64,000 nucleotides of DNA from Flavobacteriaceae bacterium. Its GTDB lineage: Bacteria; Bacteroidota; Bacteroidia; Flavobacteriales; Flavobacteriaceae. The notes under the pieces were generated by a model that worked only from the letters and a program-made list of their open reading frames with translations, ran no database searches and was not told the DNA's origin. The DNA is taken from assembly GCA_947463515.1 (NCBI GenBank), contig CANHRI010000002.1, forward strand, positions 22,785 through 86,784, read 5' to 3'. Numbering within the stretch: the first letter of the stretch is position 1; each line of letters opens with the position of its first letter. Made by a program: the position numbers and the translations under genes. This document shows positions 59,076 through 64,000 of the stretch, in pieces.

Positions 59076-61946
59076 TTAGAAATTAATGTAAAAGTTGAAG
59101 AAGTAGGTACGTCCAAAACCATAGAAATAACGTGGTGCAAAAGCAGGAGTTCCACTGGATACATCTTGGTTTAACTCACGGAAATTGGCATTACGTGCTT
59201 GTTCAAATCCGCCCGTTTTGTACCGTACATCAAAGATATTATTTAACGTGGCAAATAATCCCAAGGTGATTGGATTTTTACCAGAAATTCTCCACGATTT
59301 TCCTCCGGTTAAGTTAACAAGTGTGTACGGATCGAATTTTTCTTGTTTCAACAATTGATCTACACGCTCTTGAGTGGCTTCGGGGAATTGGAATCCATTG
59401 GCATCTAATGGATTACGCAGGAAACTATTGGTGCGTAATACTGAAGAAACATCCAAATACGTATCGGCCAAGTAGTTTACATTAGCTCCCACCCACCAGA
59501 ACTTAGGATCGCGGTATTCTAACCCGACAGCATACGCTTGATTAGGGATACCCGGTTGACGGTAGTTTTTCAATTTAGATTCTCCTAAATTCACTAAAGT
59601 AGACAATCCACGAGCTGCTCGGCTGTCATCGTTCAACACTACATTTGGATTGCTGTTGTAGGTAAACTGTCCATAGGAAGCGGCCGCAGTAGCTTTAAGG
59701 GTAGACGTGATTTGGTATTCCAAACCTAACTCGGCTCCAAAATTCAATTTGTCCAATCCCGTAACAATCTCAGCGACGAAAGCATCACCTCCATCACCAT
59801 CGTTATCTTCAAAAGCTCCCTCAGCAAAAAAGAAAGAAGTTTCGGTAGCATTTTGAATGTTAGCGTAATAAGCTGTGATACGCGCTTTGAAGCTTGGCGT
59901 TTTGATTGCATAACTCAAATCCAAGTTAGACACGCGCTCGCTTTCTAAATTGCGAATCGGAGTATTGCTCAAACGGGCATTGAAAAACACATTACGCATC
60001 GAAGGCGCTTTGGTCATGAAAAGGCTGTTCATGGTGAGGAAGTGTTTACCTGTAACTTTATAGGTTAATCCTCCTTTGAATCCAAAATTGTCAAAATCAA
60101 CTTTTTCACTTTTCCCAAAAGAAGAGTTGGCGTAAATTCCATTTCGGTATAACCCTTCGCGTTGGTATGTTTTGCGGCTAAAGGACTGTCCCAAATAAAA
60201 ATCTACTTTTCTGTAGGTAAATTTAAACTGTGTAAAAGCGTCGATATGATCGGCAAACAGATTGTAATTATAGCCATATTTATCCCCTTCACCTACACGA
60301 CGATTCGGATTATTTAAGTCGGGTTGTTGTGCTGTTCCAGACTGAAATGGATCAACATCTACAAAATGAGAACCTCCCAATAAGTCGGTCAACATTTGGA
60401 AGTTGGCTGATTTCAAACGACTGTAGCTCGCTCCCCCATTCAACACAATGTTATCGGCAAGCTGTGAACTTAAGATAGTATTGGCAACAAACAAGTTGTC
60501 ATCTGTACGATCTTCATACAAAACGTATTTACTTTCAGCGGCTTGACGACCAATTTCATTACCATTGGCATCCAAAATAGGCGTTGTATTGGCGCGGTAC
60601 ATGGCATTCCAATCGATTTGACGTTGGGTTAAAAACGGCGCATCCATTGCTCCCACCAAGTTAGGCGTAAATACACCTCCTAAACCTCCAGGTTGGTAAG
60701 CAGATGCGGGTACCACAGTAGGATCATTTTCATACAAAGAGGTAAAATAACTGGGTAAGTTTCTGTAATAGGAAGGATCAGGATTCGATGCATTCACGAA
60801 GTCCAAACGCGAGTTTCCAATTTTACCGAACTGGTACATTACATTGGAAGTCAAACGTGTTTTGTCGCTTAGTTTCCAATAGTGGGTAAGCATCAAAATA
60901 GGTTCGTCCACCTCACGGTCACGAGAATTGCGTTTTTCTCCATCTTGCCAACCCCAGAAAGAGTTGTAGTTCACTCCAGCAATACTGTTGATTTCGTCGG
61001 TATTGGAAGAGTTACGACCACGACGGTTTTGTGCATAAATGGTGGTTAAATTCAAACTATGGTCGTCGTTGATTCGTTTTTCAATACTGGCAAAAAGGGA
61101 ATTTGCAGAATAATCAGTTCCTTCAAAATACGCTTCTTGTGCCCAACGACGCGAAGCCGAAATGACAAACGCCCATCCATCAGCATTCATTCCGGAAGCA
61201 TGGGTAGCCATGGCACGCCAATTGTAGTTGGTATTGGTACCTGCATACGATAAACGGGTACCTTTACGGTAGATTGAAGCGCGGGTATTGATTTCTTGCG
61301 TTCCTAAAATTCCACCGAAGGTATAATCAGAAGGTGCTGAACCCATGGTAAATTCTTGGTTACGCGTAGCATCGTTAAGTCCCCCCCAGTTCCCCCATTG
61401 TGGACGGTTGTCCAACAATTTATTCATCACCACACCATTAATCATAGTGGTAGCATATTCATTGTCTAAACCACGGATACGGAAACGAGCTTGTCCCCAG
61501 TTGAACGCGGCGGCTTGTTGATACGTATCCCGAGAAGCTTGCAACAAACCCGCTGTATTTTCAGAACCACTGTTGTCATCATTCAAGTCGTTTTCTAGAA
61601 TTGTAATCAAGTTGATTTGCTGCTCCAAGGTCACATCTTCCTCCAAGATAATCAATCCTAAATCAGAGATTTGACCCTTTGCGACTTCTACACTTAGAAG
61701 TTGGTCTTTAAATCCAGTGCTACTCACTTTCAAAAGGACAGCCCCAGGATTTAAATCGTTGAATACAAACTCCCCCTCGCGGTTGGTCACTTGGGTAAAG
61801 TTGGTGTTCTGAATAGAAACGATGACGTTTTGCAAGGCCTTGTTCGTCTTCGCTTCCACTACTTTACCTTTCACTCCGCTTCCAGATTGCGCTATGGCAG
61901 CCCAGCACTGAAGGAGCAGTAAAGTAACATAAACAAGTTTTTTCAT
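59076..61946 (-). CDS. TonB-dependent receptor with N-terminal carboxypeptidase-regulatory-like domain
   Basis: Signal peptide, VKGKVV..TN..GEF CarboxypepD_reg pattern, plug RIRGLD, 956 aa barrel ending GRTYFFNFYINF. Confidence 0.88.
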   Translation of the reverse strand: MKKLVYVTLLLLQCWAAIAQSGSGVKGKVVEAKTNKALQNVIVSIQNTNFTQVTNREGEFVFNDLNPGAVLLKVSSTGFKDQLLSVEVAKGQISDLGLIILEEDVTLEQQINLITILENDLNDDNSGSENTAGLLQASRDTYQQAAAFNWGQARFRIRGLDNEYATTMINGVVMNKLLDNRPQWGNWGGLNDATRNQEFTMGSAPSDYTFGGILGTQEINTRASIYRKGTRLSYAGTNTNYNWRAMATHASGMNADGWAFVISASRRWAQEAYFEGTDYSANSLFASIEKRINDDHSLNLTTIYAQNRRGRNSSNTDEINSIAGVNYNSFWGWQDGEKRNSRDREVDEPILMLTHYWKLSDKTRLTSNVMYQFGKIGNSRLDFVNASNPDPSYYRNLPSYFTSLYENDPTVVPASAYQPGGLGGVFTPNLVGAMDAPFLTQRQIDWNAMYRANTTPILDANGNEIGRQAAESKYVLYEDRTDDNLFVANTILSSQLADNIVLNGGASYSRLKSANFQMLTDLLGGSHFVDVDPFQSGTAQQPDLNNPNRRVGEGDKYGYNYNLFADHIDAFTQFKFTYRKVDFYLGQSFSRKTYQREGLYRNGIYANSSFGKSEKVDFDNFGFKGGLTYKVTGKHFLTMNSLFMTKAPSMRNVFFNARLSNTPIRNLESERVSNLDLSYAIKTPSFKARITAYYANIQNATETSFFFAEGAFEDNDGDGGDAFVAEIVTGLDKLNFGAELGLEYQITSTLKATAAASYGQFTYNSNPNVVLNDDSRAARGLSTLVNLGESKLKNYRQPGIPNQAYAVGLEYRDPKFWWVGANVNYLADTYLDVSSVLRTNSFLRNPLDANGFQFPEATQERVDQLLKQEKFDPYTLVNLTGGKSWRISGKNPITLGLFATLNNIFDVRYKTGGFEQARNANFRELNQDVSSGTPAFAPRYFYGFGRTYFFNFYINF

Positions 61947-62002
61947 AAATAAAGCAATGTTAATTTTGATATAAAAAAAGTTAAGATAAACTTAACAGCC
62001 AG

Positions 62003-62038
62003 CAAAGGTACATTTTTTCATTATAATATTTACTTTTG
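62003..62038. promoter_or_regulatory. Back-to-back overlapping -7 boxes for the receptor operon and the nuclease gene
   Basis: CAAAGGTA at 62003-62010 (TACCTTTG on minus) and TACTTTTG at 62031-62038 (plus), 20 bp apart. Confidence 0.7.
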
Positions 62039-62082
62039 GCGTGAAGTTTGCGCAAGCTTAACTTTAATTTAAATTGACTAAA

Positions 62083-63189
62083 ATGAAGAAAGTTAAAAAT
62101 ATCGTGTTTGTTTTTGCTATATTAGCAACAAACGCTCTATTTTCTCAAGGAAAATTCGAACTCCACACCGTAGCCTTTTACAATTTCGAAAACTTGTTTG
62201 ACACCATTAACCAAGAGAATAATGACGAAGAATGGTTGCCAAATGGAGCTCAAAATTGGACCCATAAAAAATACCGTCAGAAATTACACAATCTTTCGAA
62301 GGTACTTTCTGAAATTGGAACTGGGGAACAACAAACCAACAGCCCCGTGCTTATTGGAGGTTGTGAAATTGAAAACCGTGGGGTTTTGGAAGATTTAGTG
62401 AAACAACCCTTGTTGGTCAATAAAGATTACGGCATCATCCATTTTGATTCGCCCGACAAACGCGGAATTGATGTGGCTTTGTTGTATCAGAAAAAACATT
62501 TCAAGCCAACCAGTTACTCGAGTATTCCACTCTATATTTACCGCACTATGGAAGGAAAAGGCGATAAAGATAAAGACAAGGAAAAAGAAGAATCCGACGA
62601 TAAAGTTGAAACCGATAAATCCTCCGATCGTGTCTATACCCGTGATCAATTGTTGGTAACTGGGTTGTTGGATGGTGAAGAAGTGAGTATCATTATCAAC
62701 CACTGGCCTTCACGTTCGGGTGGTGAAAAAAAGAGTGCGCCGTTTCGTGAAGCCGCTGGTTTGTTGAACCGTAAGATTATGGATTCGTTGTTTGCCATTA
62801 ACCCCAAAGCAAAAATCATTACCATGGGGGACTTAAATGACGGTACCTACAATAAAAGTGTAAAAGAAGGTATTGGCGCCAAACGCAAAAAAGAGGATGT
62901 AAAGGAAAAAGGAATTTACAATCCTTTTGAAGAAATGTTTTACAAAGGTCACGCAACCTTATTCCACCGAGATGCAGGCGATATTTTTGATCAAATCATG
63001 GTTTCGGAAGCCTTTATTGATAAAAATTACAAGAAGTTCCAATATTGGAAAGCTGGGATTTACAACAAACCCTATATGATTCAAAATTTTGGCCAATACA
63101 AAGGCTATCCCCTACGGCATACGCTCACTGAAATTGGCTATAGCGACCACTTTCCGGTATATGTCTACCTCGTTCGGGAAGTAAAATAA
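62083..63189 (+). CDS. Exported endonuclease/exonuclease/phosphatase (EEP) family nuclease
   Basis: Signal peptide; AFYNFENLFD, GCEIEN, DKRGIDVALLY, NHWPSR, MGDLND, FDQIMVS, YSDHFPV. Confidence 0.9.
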   Translation: MKKVKNIVFVFAILATNALFSQGKFELHTVAFYNFENLFDTINQENNDEEWLPNGAQNWTHKKYRQKLHNLSKVLSEIGTGEQQTNSPVLIGGCEIENRGVLEDLVKQPLLVNKDYGIIHFDSPDKRGIDVALLYQKKHFKPTSYSSIPLYIYRTMEGKGDKDKDKEKEESDDKVETDKSSDRVYTRDQLLVTGLLDGEEVSIIINHWPSRSGGEKKSAPFREAAGLLNRKIMDSLFAINPKAKIITMGDLNDGTYNKSVKEGIGAKRKKEDVKEKGIYNPFEEMFYKGHATLFHRDAGDIFDQIMVSEAFIDKNYKKFQYWKAGIYNKPYMIQNFGQYKGYPLRHTLTEIGYSDHFPVYVYLVREVK

Positions 63190-63265
63190 TACAGAAAGTC
63201 AGCGGCGGCTGACTTTTTTATTTTGTACCTTTCGTGACCTAATTCGTATCTTAAATTGTATCCCT

Positions 63266-63799
63266 ATGGCAGCGGCAAAACCCTTTAATCTTCCGCAATG
63301 GATCGCAAACAACAAACACCTTTTGCAACCTCCAGTGGCCAATAAAAACCTGTATATCGATTCTGGTGATTACATCGTTATGATTGTCGGTGGCCCCAAT
63401 GCACGGAATGATTTTCATTACAACGAAACGGAAGAACTTTTTTACCAATTGGAAGGACATATTACAGTTTACATTCAAGAAGATGGCGTAAAAAAGGGCA
63501 TCGCTTTGGGCCCTGGCGACATGTTTTTACTTCCTGCGCGCACACCACATTCTCCTGTACGTACCGAAGGTTCGGTCGGGTTGGTGATCGAACGAAAGCG
63601 TGAAAATCAAGGATATAAAGATGGATTGCTTTGGTTTTGTGGCAAATGCAATCATAAACTCCACGAGGTTTATTTTGAATTGACTGATATTGAAAAGGAT
63701 TTTTTACCGCATTTTAAAGCCTTCTACACCTCGGATACCTTGCGGAAATGTACCCAATGTGGAACAGAAATGCCCGTGCATCCGAATTTTATAAAATAG
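63266..63799 (+). CDS. nbaC: 3-hydroxyanthranilate 3,4-dioxygenase
   Basis: VGGPNARNDFH, EELFYQLEG, PHSP, C-terminal rubredoxin-like CGKC...CTQC. Confidence 0.95.
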   Translation: MAAAKPFNLPQWIANNKHLLQPPVANKNLYIDSGDYIVMIVGGPNARNDFHYNETEELFYQLEGHITVYIQEDGVKKGIALGPGDMFLLPARTPHSPVRTEGSVGLVIERKRENQGYKDGLLWFCGKCNHKLHEVYFELTDIEKDFLPHFKAFYTSDTLRKCTQCGTEMPVHPNFIK

Positions 63800-63853
63800 C
63801 TTTTTTTTACGCGAGAATCCGTTATTTTTGACCCAACAAACAAACTAGAATAT

Positions 63854-64000
63854 ATGGCAACTATTGCACAACAATTCGGCATGACCGAAGCATTGGAACT
63901 CTTAGGAATTAAAGCGGTTAACGAAGGAACTTCAACCGGAATCGAATGGTTCTCGGGAGGTGAGATAATCGAAAGTTACTCCCCTGTGGATGGCCAATTA
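63854..64000 (+). CDS. Aldehyde dehydrogenase family protein (ALDH7-like), 5' part only
   Basis: Hand translation MATIAQQFGMTEALELLGIKAVNEGTSTGIEWFSGGEIIESYSPVDGQL, typical of the N-terminus of this family. Confidence 0.75.
   Translation, partial: MATIAQQFGMTEALELLGIKAVNEGTSTGIEWFSGGEIIESYSPVDGQL

Overview
Mostly core-genome segment of a Flavobacterium-like (Flavobacteriaceae, Bacteroidota) chromosome, inferred from gene content (PorZ, DUF5689, IPExxxVDY protein) and many TTTG-N19-21-TAnnTTTG promoters. About 58 CDS: AddA/AddB-like DNA repair genes split by kbl and ompA, sod, purF, purN, rnhA, acpP-fabF-rnc, pyk, dinB, pgi, aromatic amino acid catabolism (kynA, hppD, hmgA, nbaC), uvrC, ileS-dksA-lspA, recO-porZ, gdhA, yicC-gmk-nadD, gpsA, and a TonB receptor/DUF5689/nuclease locus. 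I saw no rRNA, tRNA, CRISPR array, integrase or transposase. The unusual signal is intergenic. (1) A family of stop-codon-rich 7-bp tandem arrays occurs as inverted arms around a low-GC four-helix-bundle (Avd/IVP-like) gene, as a solo arm, as an empty two-arm site and as decayed remnants. (2) Three unannotated short transcription units have their own promoter and terminator; two of them are paralogous twins. (3) There is a 6S-Flavo-like RNA divergent from an HTH gene. (4) A start-less relic resembling a toxin tip lies between palindromic repeats. IleRS carries a non-canonical GIHH motif. Family assignments come from motif recognition only; no database searches were run.
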